From an uncultured cyanobacterium (GTDB lineage Bacteria; Cyanobacteriota; Cyanobacteriia; Cyanobacteriales; Nostocaceae), in assembly GCA_963740315.1 (NCBI GenBank), contig CAVUDP010000001.1, positions 1,344,001 through 1,408,000 of the forward strand: a stretch of 64,000 nt of DNA, written 5' to 3'. Position numbers and translations under genes: made by a program. Positions 20,195-29,128 of this stretch are shown one piece after another. Positions within the stretch are counted from its first letter, which is position 1; the number at the start of each line of letters is the position of its first letter. The notes under the pieces were generated by a model. It did no database searches and had not been told where the DNA came from. It saw nothing but the letters and a program-made list of their open reading frames with translations.

Positions 20195-21913
20195 ATGAGT
20201 ATTCACACAATGACAACAAATCAATTTTTCGACGAAGAACTATATCTTGCCAATAATCCAGAAGTTGCGACTTCGGTAAGAGAAGGAAAGTACGCTTCTG
20301 GATACGATGAATTTACCCAAGTCGGGCAATTTGTTGAGCGTAGCGGTGTTATATTTAATGGCACAAATGGGAATGATACAGTTCAAGCTTCCGGACAAAA
20401 ATCCTCAGTTATAGGTGTTAATGTTGAGACAGCCGAAGTTGGGAATCGATTAATTAATGCTAAAACCTCATCCTTGGGAATTGGTGAAGTCGATACTTTG
20501 CTGGGTTCACCGGGACGTAATGTATTTTACCTTGGAGATAATGCCGCAGAAAATCCTTCAGATTTCTATTTAGGTAATGGTGATGAGGATTATGCAGTTA
20601 TTCGTTATTTTGATCCTACTAGTGAAGATGCGGTATATTTAGCGGGTAAGCCTGAAGATTATACATTAGAGACGGTAGATAATAGCGTTCGTATTTCTAA
20701 AAACGACGACCTCATGGGTATTGTTGAGGGTGTAACAAAACTGATTCCCGATGGTTTATTTACAGATAACGGGCTGTTGCTATTTGCCCCAGAAAATTCT
20801 TATTATGCTAGAAATAGTCAACCTTACTTCAATCAACCAGCATATCTCGCAGCAAATCCCGATGTTGAAGCATTGATTGATTCAGGAGAATATCGATCGG
20901 CTTGGGACCACTTTATCAAAGCTGGGATTGACGAAGAAAGACAGACATTTTTTAACGGAGTAGTCGGAAACGATCGCTTTTTCTATCCCCTGGGAAATGC
21001 CACAATAGTCGGCTTTCCAATTACTGAATACGATCCAGCGACAGGAGCAATCAAAACAGCAACAACTGGAACAGGTGACAGAGACCATTATCACGGTTCT
21101 TTTGGTAGCGATCGCTTTTTGTTAGGAAATCAAGGACAAGATTTCTATGTTGGTAAAGGGGATGAAGATTATGTATTGATTGGTGATTTCGATCCTAAAG
21201 AAGACCAATTAATTGTCGCTGGGAATCTTGATGACTATCAGTTAGGAACATACGACGATGTATATGAAGGAGTTGTCTATAAGGAATTCCAGATTGCCAA
21301 CAAAGATGGTGATATCATGGCTCGGATCGAAGATGGTGAGAATTTGCAACTGGTGCAAATTGCCAGCGATATTCCTGGTACAAATGCTTTCGTTTCGACG
21401 GAATATGAAGGATTAACTCCAACCCTTCCGAGCGAACCGATATTTGGTACATTTGGCAATGATTTGATGACCATCGATAAAAGTAATCAATTGGTTTTCG
21501 CTGGAGGTGGAGACGATTTGATTGATGCGATCGCAAGTTTAGGAAATAATCGTCTTGATGGTGGAAAAGGCAATGATACATTTATCCTCGGTCAAGGTGA
21601 TATGGTGTTTGGGGAAGATGGAAACGACAGATTCTTTGCTCAATCAGGTGGTGGAAATGTGCTAACAGGTGGTGAGGGAGCAGATCAATTTTGGATTGCG
21701 ACAAGTGAAATACCTCAAGAAACAAACACCATTACCGACTTTAAAATTGGCGAAGATGTTATAGGAATAGCCGGGAGTGGTGGAGATTTTAGTAATTTGA
21801 CATTTACACAACAAAGTCAGGATTTGTCGATCGGCTTTGACGGTAGTAACTTAGCAGTCTTAGAGGGTATCCAAGCAAGTAGTTTGAATGCAGATAATTT
21901 TGTATTTGTCTAA
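20195..21913 (+). CDS. Acidic RTX/hemolysin-type Ca-binding protein with internal duplication
   Basis: GGxGxD repeats, GGEGADQFWI..TITDF.IGEDVIGI C-terminus ending DNFVFV; two YLA.NP(E/D)V modules; no signal peptide. Confidence 0.8.
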   Translation: MSIHTMTTNQFFDEELYLANNPEVATSVREGKYASGYDEFTQVGQFVERSGVIFNGTNGNDTVQASGQKSSVIGVNVETAEVGNRLINAKTSSLGIGEVDTLLGSPGRNVFYLGDNAAENPSDFYLGNGDEDYAVIRYFDPTSEDAVYLAGKPEDYTLETVDNSVRISKNDDLMGIVEGVTKLIPDGLFTDNGLLLFAPENSYYARNSQPYFNQPAYLAANPDVEALIDSGEYRSAWDHFIKAGIDEERQTFFNGVVGNDRFFYPLGNATIVGFPITEYDPATGAIKTATTGTGDRDHYHGSFGSDRFLLGNQGQDFYVGKGDEDYVLIGDFDPKEDQLIVAGNLDDYQLGTYDDVYEGVVYKEFQIANKDGDIMARIEDGENLQLVQIASDIPGTNAFVSTEYEGLTPTLPSEPIFGTFGNDLMTIDKSNQLVFAGGGDDLIDAIASLGNNRLDGGKGNDTFILGQGDMVFGEDGNDRFFAQSGGGNVLTGGEGADQFWIATSEIPQETNTITDFKIGEDVIGIAGSGGDFSNLTFTQQSQDLSIGFDGSNLAVLEGIQASSLNADNFVFV

Positions 21914-21946
21914 TTTCATTTGTGATATTCGGTATTAGTAAATTAG

Positions 21947-21977
21947 TAATCTACCACATAAATTATGCGGTAGATTA
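21947..21977. terminator. Hairpin between convergent genes
   Basis: TAATCTACCACATA-AAT-TATGCGGTAGATTA. Confidence 0.55.
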
Positions 21978-22008
21978 TTTGGTAAATACTACTCCAAAGT
22001 TTTGATTC

Positions 22009-23577
22009 CTAGAAAGTAAAAGTAGTTCTGAAAGTACCAATCACTACATCATTGTTATTCTGATTGTGGTCTGGTGCAGTTAACCAAATCACACCAGGAG
22101 TAATGGCAATATTGTCATTAATCTGATACTGATAAAATGCCTCAATATGATAAGAAGTATCTTGGTCTTTCTCTAAACCATCAATACTAGAACTAGTAAG
22201 TCTGGGTTCCATTCCGAAGATAACTCCAGCTAAGTTACCTTTCTTACCAAAATCGGGTAATCCTAAAGTTACAGCCCAGTTCCATATCTCTGCTTCTCCA
22301 CGGTCTGGAAAAGCTGCTGATGTAGTTAAATTGCGAGCATTAGTATAACCAGCCCAACCACCTAATACTAAGTTTTTACTTATCCCTAATGATGCTTGAA
22401 TACCATAGGAATCGGCACTAAAAGGAGTATCTGCAAGGGTAGAAATATTATCCAATGGTGAAACTGTATTGAAGTTAGAAGCGCTACTACCAGAACCATT
22501 GAACTGATTGTAGGAATTGATGTAGGTTAAACCAACCTTAAAGCGATCGCTTGGTGCAAATGTTAGTTGTGCTAATGCACCGTAGGAACCGTTGAATAAA
22601 CCATTATCAGTACTAGGATCGCTTGCAGAACCAGCTAAATAAGCCAAACTCAAAGATAGATTCTTGCCGAACTCTTGGGTAACTCCTAAACCAGCACCAT
22701 CCATTGCTCCATAGATGGGGTTACGAGTACCGAAACTAGATAAAGCTCCTTCAGTACCATCACCATCAAATAAGTTCACTGTATCTACAACATCATCTGC
22801 TGCACCTGCATTTGCGATCGCGATGACGTTAGTACTCTCAGTTAAAGGAAAACCGTACCAAAGTGCATCTAATTCAACGTTGTTATCTCCGCTCTCACCA
22901 GCAAAGGCTAAACCTCCTTCTGGTGTGCCAATATCGGGACCAACTATATTATTACTTTGCAGTCTAGTGTAGAGAGTATCTTTTCCTGTGAAGCTGGTAA
23001 CGAAGTTGATTCTTGCTCTTGCACCTAATGCGGTATTATCGTCGTTTGTATCTCCTTCAAATACATCTGTAATCCCGATGACTACTTCACCTTCGAGTTT
23101 AGAAGTTGTGGAGAATTGATTTGCTTCTAGTTCAGCAGTACGTGCTTCTAGAGCATCTACTCTTCCTCTAAGGGTTGCTAATTCCGCAGAAAACTCTTCT
23201 TGCAGTCTTTGTAAAGTTGCAAGGTCTTCTTTACTAACTAGGTCTGCGGTTGCGCTTGCAATCAACTCATTTACTCTATTCAAGCAAGCATTTAAACCCG
23301 CTGCAAATTCATAACGAGTTAAAGCCCGATTTCCTCTGTAGGTGCTATTTGGATAACCCGCGATACAACCGTAACGCTCTACTAAAGACTGTAATGCTTG
23401 AAATGCCCAATCTGTAGGCTGTACATCAGAAAACTGAGAAACAGAAGTAACTTGTTCTAAGGTTTCTTCTTGGGTTTGAGTTTGTGCAACAGCGCTGTCA
23501 TTAATTAATAATGATGTTGCAAACGGAAAGCTTAAGACAGGACTAACTACTAAAAACTTCCACAAACTTTTCTTCAT
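22009..23577 (-). CDS. Cyanobacterial outer-membrane porin (SLH + OprB-like barrel)
   Basis: QVTSVSQFSDVQPTDWAFQALQSLVERYGCIAGYP, EANQFSTTSKL, terminal RTTFTF; signal peptide. Confidence 0.93.
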   Translation of the reverse strand: MKKSLWKFLVVSPVLSFPFATSLLINDSAVAQTQTQEETLEQVTSVSQFSDVQPTDWAFQALQSLVERYGCIAGYPNSTYRGNRALTRYEFAAGLNACLNRVNELIASATADLVSKEDLATLQRLQEEFSAELATLRGRVDALEARTAELEANQFSTTSKLEGEVVIGITDVFEGDTNDDNTALGARARINFVTSFTGKDTLYTRLQSNNIVGPDIGTPEGGLAFAGESGDNNVELDALWYGFPLTESTNVIAIANAGAADDVVDTVNLFDGDGTEGALSSFGTRNPIYGAMDGAGLGVTQEFGKNLSLSLAYLAGSASDPSTDNGLFNGSYGALAQLTFAPSDRFKVGLTYINSYNQFNGSGSSASNFNTVSPLDNISTLADTPFSADSYGIQASLGISKNLVLGGWAGYTNARNLTTSAAFPDRGEAEIWNWAVTLGLPDFGKKGNLAGVIFGMEPRLTSSSIDGLEKDQDTSYHIEAFYQYQINDNIAITPGVIWLTAPDHNQNNNDVVIGTFRTTFTF

Positions 23578-23901
23578 GATTCTTCTCACCTCACACTTAA
23601 ATTTAGAATACAGATATGCGAATGAATGCAGATGGTGCCATGCTTACACCACCTATTTTTCCCCTGATATTGATTAACTATTAATTACGAATAAAACCGC
23701 AGTACATCCCAAACTGAAAAAAGAATCAGCCAGATTTCTAGATTTATCTACAAGTAACTTAATTAATAATCAAACTTTTGAGCTTGATGCATTCTTAAGA
23801 AACCCAGCTTTTCCAAAGATATTCTGATTTATTTACTCCCATTCCACAACCTGCAAGCGAGTAAAACTAATTATTTATTACTCTAATCCCACTATTAGCT
23901 A

Positions 23902-24945
23902 TTATTTCTGGAAAGCCGTATATTTACCTCCCAAACCATCCACAATAGCTTTAGTATTAGCAACTAACATTTTCTGATAACTATCAGCATCAGTACCTTG
24001 TTCGCCCAAATTATCAGCATATAGTCTTTCTGGAGAAACTTTTACGTTCGCTTCTTGAGCAACTCTTTCAATTAATTTTGGGCTATGGGTACTTTCAGCA
24101 AATATTGTTGGTACATTCTCTTGCTTAATTTCTTTTGAAAGTTCACCTATTCTTGCTGCTGTTGGTTGTACTTCAGTACTCAAACCTTCAATTGCACCTT
24201 CGTAGTCAATATTATATGCCTGAGTATAGTAGCTTAAAGCGTCGTGAGTGGTGACTAATTTACGTTGATTTTCAGGAATAGTAGCTACATTCTTTTTAAT
24301 CCAGCTATCTATTTCTTTAATTTCCCCAGTGATTTTCTCGGCATTAGTTGCATACAATTGAGCGTTATCTGGAGCAACTTTTTCTAAATTACTACGAATA
24401 GCTTCGACCATTTGAATGCCATTTTGAGGATTATGCCATACATGGGGATCTGGTGCTTTTTCTTCTGAATGTTTTTCTTCTCCAGAGTGTTCTCCCTCAT
24501 GCTCGTGATCGTGTTCTTCCCCAATAATCGGCTTAGGAACGGCAACTTCATGAATTGCTACTTTTGGAGCCTCATTACTGCTTGCTTGAACTAACTTAAT
24601 AATACTGGGTTCAAAATTATAACCACCGTATAAAACTAAATTAGCTTGCTCGATCGCTTTGCGGTCATCCGGTTTGGGCTGATATGTGTGGGGATCTTGA
24701 CCTGCATCTACTAAACACTTCAAGTCAACAGTTTGAGCCGCTACTTGTTTTGTTAAGTCACATATGACGCTAGTAGTCGCAACAACCAAAGGACGCTCCC
24801 CAGTTGCAGTACTGCTAGTATTTACGGCAGAATTTTCTTCTGTACCAGAATTGGAATTAACTTGCTCGTTACCGCTACAGCTAATTAAACCAAGAGCTAA
24901 TGTTAATGACGCGATCGCACTTAGAGGTAATTTTCTAAACATCAC
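23902..24945 (-). CDS. znuA: Zinc ABC transporter substrate-binding lipoprotein
   Basis: Lipobox LISC, DPHTY, His-rich loop HDHEHEGEH, DPHVW, TTHDA; Zur boxes upstream. Confidence 0.88.
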   Translation of the reverse strand: MMFRKLPLSAIASLTLALGLISCSGNEQVNSNSGTEENSAVNTSSTATGERPLVVATTSVICDLTKQVAAQTVDLKCLVDAGQDPHTYQPKPDDRKAIEQANLVLYGGYNFEPSIIKLVQASSNEAPKVAIHEVAVPKPIIGEEHDHEHEGEHSGEEKHSEEKAPDPHVWHNPQNGIQMVEAIRSNLEKVAPDNAQLYATNAEKITGEIKEIDSWIKKNVATIPENQRKLVTTHDALSYYTQAYNIDYEGAIEGLSTEVQPTAARIGELSKEIKQENVPTIFAESTHSPKLIERVAQEANVKVSPERLYADNLGEQGTDADSYQKMLVANTKAIVDGLGGKYTAFQK

Positions 24946-24968
24946 TTATTAGAAATATTGCAGTAAAA

Positions 24969-25041
24969 TGATAATCGTTATCATACAATAGCTACTGTGG
25001 GAAGGGAAGCAGATTTTTAACATAAATAATAATCATTATCA
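24969..25041. promoter_or_regulatory. Two Zur-box-like sites between divergent znuA and znuC
   Basis: TGATAATCGTTATCA (24969-83), TAATAATCATTATCA (25027-41). Confidence 0.88.
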
Positions 25042-25055
25042 TACAGGAGAAATTA

Positions 25056-25790
25056 GTGCTAGAAGTAGAGCATTTGGATGTAGATTACCGGGGTGTAGTG
25101 GCTGTTGAGGATGTCAGCTTTCGCGTTTTTCCCGGACAAATGGTTGGTGTAATCGGTCCAAATGGCGCTGGTAAAAGCACTTTGGTCAAAGCGATACTAG
25201 GTTTAATTCCGGTTTCAGATGGCACTATTAAATTTTGTAACTGTCCCATCCACAAGCATTTACGCTCCATTGCTTACGTACCTCAAAGAACCCAAGTAGA
25301 TTGGGATTATCCGATTACGGTACAGAATGTGGTGATGATGGCTCGTACTGTCACAACGGGTTGGTTTCGCAAACCAAGTCGTAAATCTAAAGAAATAGTT
25401 AAATCTGCATTGCACAGAGTGGGGATGTGGGAATTTCGTTCCCGTCAAATTGGTGAGTTATCTGGAGGACAGCAGCAGCGAGTATTTTTAGCTAGAGCGC
25501 TAGCACAGCAAGCTGATTTATTGTTTTTTGACGAACCATTTGTGGGGATTGATAAAAGTACTGAAGATATTATGTTTGATATTTTTAATGAATTAAGAAG
25601 GGATAGCAAAATTTTAATTTTAATTACTCACGATCTAGGTGAAACTTTAGCTCAATGTGATTCTTTATTATTGTTAAATAAACATATTATCGCTGATGGT
25701 TCGATGAAAGAAGTGGTTACAACCGAAAATTTACAGCGTGCTTATGGCAATAAGATTTTATTTTTAAATCGGGAATCAAAGTCGGCTTAA
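25056..25790 (+). CDS. znuC: Metal ABC transporter ATPase
   Basis: GPNGAGKST, YVPQR, LSGGQQQRVFLARAL, DEPF. Confidence 0.85.
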   Translation: MLEVEHLDVDYRGVVAVEDVSFRVFPGQMVGVIGPNGAGKSTLVKAILGLIPVSDGTIKFCNCPIHKHLRSIAYVPQRTQVDWDYPITVQNVVMMARTVTTGWFRKPSRKSKEIVKSALHRVGMWEFRSRQIGELSGGQQQRVFLARALAQQADLLFFDEPFVGIDKSTEDIMFDIFNELRRDSKILILITHDLGETLAQCDSLLLLNKHIIADGSMKEVVTTENLQRAYGNKILFLNRESKSA

Positions 25791-25873
25791 TCAGTTAGCA
25801 GTTATCAATTATCAATTACCAATTATCAGTTATTAAATAACCACTAACCACTAACAACTAACAACTATCAATA

Positions 25874-26764
25874 ATGATTAATTTGCTTTTAGAACCCCTT
25901 AGTTTTGGATTCATGCGAGATGCACTAATTATTGCTGCAAGCTTAGGAATTCTTTGTTCTGTGGTTGGTTCTTATCTTATAGTACAGCGTCAGGGAATAT
26001 TAGGTGATGTGATTGCTCATGCTGTTTTACCCGGAATTGCGATCGCGCTTTTTTTAGGTGTTGATATTTTCCTGGGTGCTTTTGTTTGCGGGACTTTCAG
26101 CACTTTTGTGATTGCTTGGATAGAATCGCAGTCTCGGGTTAAAGTTGATGCTGCAATGGCTTTGGTGTTTTCGGGTTTTTTAGCGTTGGGTATCATGTTA
26201 ATTAGCGTGCTGAAAAGTAAAGTTGATTTGCATCACTTTTTATTTGGCGATATTTTAGGGGTGACAACAGAAGATGTTTTTAGAACTTTAATTATTACAT
26301 TTATTACCTTATTTTTAGTTAAACTTTGTTATAAAGAATTGCTACTTTACACCTTTGACCCATTAGGCGCACAAGCCAGCGGATTGCCGACAAATATTAT
26401 TAAGTTTGGATTGACGGCGGCGATTACGTTAACAATTATTGCCAGCATGCAAGCTGTGGGAGTAGTGTTAGTAATTTCTTTATTAATAGGTCCTGGAGTA
26501 ACGGCTTATTTATTAGTAAAAGAGCTTCATCAAATGATGCTTTTGGGTTCTGTAATCGGTATTATTGGTAGCGTTGGCGGTTTATATATTAGTTATTATC
26601 AAAACGTGCCTTCTGGTGCATCAATTGTATTATTTATTTGCGGATTATTTTTATTAGCATTATTATTCAGTCCAACTCAGGGTATATTAACTCGTCCGAG
26701 AGCAAGAAAGTCAAATCGTTCTGGGAGGGTTTTGCACGAAGTTACGGAAGTGAAGCGTAGGTGA
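25874..26764 (+). CDS. znuB: Metal ABC transporter permease
   Basis: GDVIAHAVLPG, HFLFGDIL, VGVVLV, PSGASIV (ABC-3 family). Confidence 0.85.
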   Translation: MINLLLEPLSFGFMRDALIIAASLGILCSVVGSYLIVQRQGILGDVIAHAVLPGIAIALFLGVDIFLGAFVCGTFSTFVIAWIESQSRVKVDAAMALVFSGFLALGIMLISVLKSKVDLHHFLFGDILGVTTEDVFRTLIITFITLFLVKLCYKELLLYTFDPLGAQASGLPTNIIKFGLTAAITLTIIASMQAVGVVLVISLLIGPGVTAYLLVKELHQMMLLGSVIGIIGSVGGLYISYYQNVPSGASIVLFICGLFLLALLFSPTQGILTRPRARKSNRSGRVLHEVTEVKRR

Positions 26765-26833
26765 AGTAATATTGAATTGTATTGCACTTATGAGAGGACC
26801 GCTAGATTAGCGACACTCTCACAGACTTACTTT

Positions 26834-27541
26834 CTACGATTTTGAAAAGTTAGTTTTTCTTTGATAAACTAGCAGAGCTAAACCTACAATACCAAGTCCT
26901 AACACAGATGTAGGTTCGGGTATCTTTGTTGCAACTAAACGCTGTCCGACTTCATCCCCAGCTGTTGGGTCATCAAGTAATTCCTCTGTGGTTACACTAA
27001 AAAATGCTACATCTAAATGACGTCGAAATCCCTGTGGTAAATCGGGGTACTCTCCCAACCAGTCAGTCAGGTGAACGTGAGGGTTAGGACTCGGTGGAAG
27101 TTCACTATCATCATTAAAAAGCGCTCCAGGTACTGACCAAAAGTTCAATCCCTGTTCTCTCGGTTCTCCAATACTAATTCCATCCGGTGCATCCCATAAT
27201 CCTGACTGCAAAATCTTCCCAGTAGCAGTATCGAAGTTGAAATTGAATCCCTCACTCAGATGGTCATCCTCAAACTTTGCAATCAGATTTCCATTGGGAT
27301 CTGAAAAAGTAATATCAAATGATTCTAAATCGTTTTTACGAACAATACCATCTGTAGGTACTTTGGTTTCATCGTAGCTAAATTTACCTTTACCTTCGTA
27401 GCCCAATGTCTGACCAGTCCAGTCCATATTAAAGGCGATCGCCTCTGCTTTCCTTACATTTACGAAACCCAAACTCAAGAGTACACCTGCGGTAGCGGTG
27501 ATTTTAGCAAACTTGCGGTAGATATTCATTATTCGCGTCAA
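26834..27541 (-). CDS. PEP-CTERM sorting-domain exoprotein
   Basis: Signal peptide ending AEA; C-terminal IPEPTSVLGLGIVGLALLVYQRK. Confidence 0.85.
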   Translation of the reverse strand: MTRIMNIYRKFAKITATAGVLLSLGFVNVRKAEAIAFNMDWTGQTLGYEGKGKFSYDETKVPTDGIVRKNDLESFDITFSDPNGNLIAKFEDDHLSEGFNFNFDTATGKILQSGLWDAPDGISIGEPREQGLNFWSVPGALFNDDSELPPSPNPHVHLTDWLGEYPDLPQGFRRHLDVAFFSVTTEELLDDPTAGDEVGQRLVATKIPEPTSVLGLGIVGLALLVYQRKTNFSKS

Positions 27542-27613
27542 TCAAATCCTTGTAGAACTGTTATTACTGACTTTAGGTTGCATCCCCTAATATCTTTATT
27601 ACTTTAACAATAA

Positions 27614-27689
27614 TCATAATCATTCTCAAGGTTGTGTTAGGAGTTCAAGAAATATCTTAGATTATTTGCTAGTATGATAACGATTATCA
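27614..27689. promoter_or_regulatory. Two Zur-box-like sites in a divergent promoter
   Basis: TCATAATCATTCTCA (27614-28), TGATAACGATTATCA (27675-89). Confidence 0.82.
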
Positions 27690-27717
27690 TTATGATTGTT
27701 ATATATAGTGAAAAGTT

Positions 27718-28959
27718 ATGGAAATTAATCCACCACACTTATTAAGGAAAATCGACTTAGCAATTATCGGTGCTGGGCCTCACGCTCTGACTTTAGTTAC
27801 TCATTTGCTACAGAAACGTCAAAAAATCCGTTCCAAAATTGCTGTATTCGATCCGAGTGGAAAATGGATGAGTCGGTGGGAGCATCAGTTTTCAGCATTG
27901 GAAATACCGCATTTACGTTCTCCTGCGGTTCATCATCCAGACCCCAACCCTTTTGGATTACGTAAGTTTGCAGAGAATCGCTCTTCTGAATTTTTTCCTC
28001 CCTACGATCTACCAGGAACTCGTTTATTTAATGATTTTTATGGGGATGTAATTCGTCGTTGGGATTTAGAGAATATAGTTAATGGTGAAAAGATTACTCG
28101 AATTCAACCATTGAATAATCCTTTTGGATCGAGGTTTCGTTTGTGGTTGGGTTCTGGAAAATCAATATTAGCTCGTCGGGTAGTATTAGCAACTGGTAGC
28201 AGTCAACTACAAACACCTGATTGGATAAGTCAAATTAACCAAAATTATCCTCTTGATAAACTTTGTCATTCTAAATCAGTAGATTTACGTAAATTATATT
28301 TAGCTGGTGAAAAAGTATTAATTATTGGTGGAGGATTAACAAGCGGTCATTTAGCGGTAGGTGCAATGTCTCGCGGAGCCGAAGTACAGATATCGATGCG
28401 ACGAAAGTTACAGGAAAAGATATTTGATGCGGATGCTGGTTGGTTGGGGCCAAAATATCTCAAAGGATTTTTTGCAGAACCAGATTTTGAAAAGCGTTTT
28501 GAAATGATTCAACAAGCGCGAAATGGTGGTTCTATGACTCCTGCAATGGTAACTCAGCTAAGACGACAAGCGCATAATGGTAAGTTGAGAATTCAGGAAA
28601 ACACGCAAGTTGTTGAAGCTAAATGGATAGATAATCAATGGTTGGTGAAATTTACTGATGGAGAGCAAAAACAATTTCATCGCATTTGGTTATCTACCGG
28701 AAATCGTTTTGATGTGAATTCCGAACCTTTATTAAAGTCCGTTTTACAAGCTTATCCAATGCCTGTAATCAATGGTTTACCCGTTTTAGATGACAACTTA
28801 CGGTGGCGCGGTTGTTCGTTATTTATTATGGGTGGGTTAGCGGCTTTACAAATCGGACCGACAGCGAGAAATTTATCAGGTGCAAGAATGGCAAGTGATA
28901 AAATGCTCAAAGCGATTATTAAATCTAATGTAGTTCAACATCAAGCTAAAATTGCTTGA
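27718..28959 (+). CDS. FAD/NAD(P)-binding oxidoreductase (class B flavoprotein monooxygenase-like)
   Basis: IIGAGPHA, HLRSP, VVLATG, IIGGGLTSG, WLSTG, GPTARNLSGAR. Confidence 0.85.
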   Translation: MEINPPHLLRKIDLAIIGAGPHALTLVTHLLQKRQKIRSKIAVFDPSGKWMSRWEHQFSALEIPHLRSPAVHHPDPNPFGLRKFAENRSSEFFPPYDLPGTRLFNDFYGDVIRRWDLENIVNGEKITRIQPLNNPFGSRFRLWLGSGKSILARRVVLATGSSQLQTPDWISQINQNYPLDKLCHSKSVDLRKLYLAGEKVLIIGGGLTSGHLAVGAMSRGAEVQISMRRKLQEKIFDADAGWLGPKYLKGFFAEPDFEKRFEMIQQARNGGSMTPAMVTQLRRQAHNGKLRIQENTQVVEAKWIDNQWLVKFTDGEQKQFHRIWLSTGNRFDVNSEPLLKSVLQAYPMPVINGLPVLDDNLRWRGCSLFIMGGLAALQIGPTARNLSGARMASDKMLKAIIKSNVVQHQAKIA

Positions 28960-29128
28960 GTCTTCTAAAACCGTCAAGAAAAAGATATTGAGTCTACTCT
29001 ATAGAGCATCAGCGATAGATTTGGCTGAGGAATGTAAAAAACTATGATGATTCCAAAATGAACAGATTGCGGTAGCATAATCAAAGCTGCTGCCGAGTCA
29101 ATTTATATACATTTATTTTGAAATCGCT

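Noticed and set aside
23590..23900. Possible metal or cobalamin riboswitch between znuA and the porin
   Set aside because: No recognisable conserved riboswitch motifs by eye; a covariance-model search was not possible
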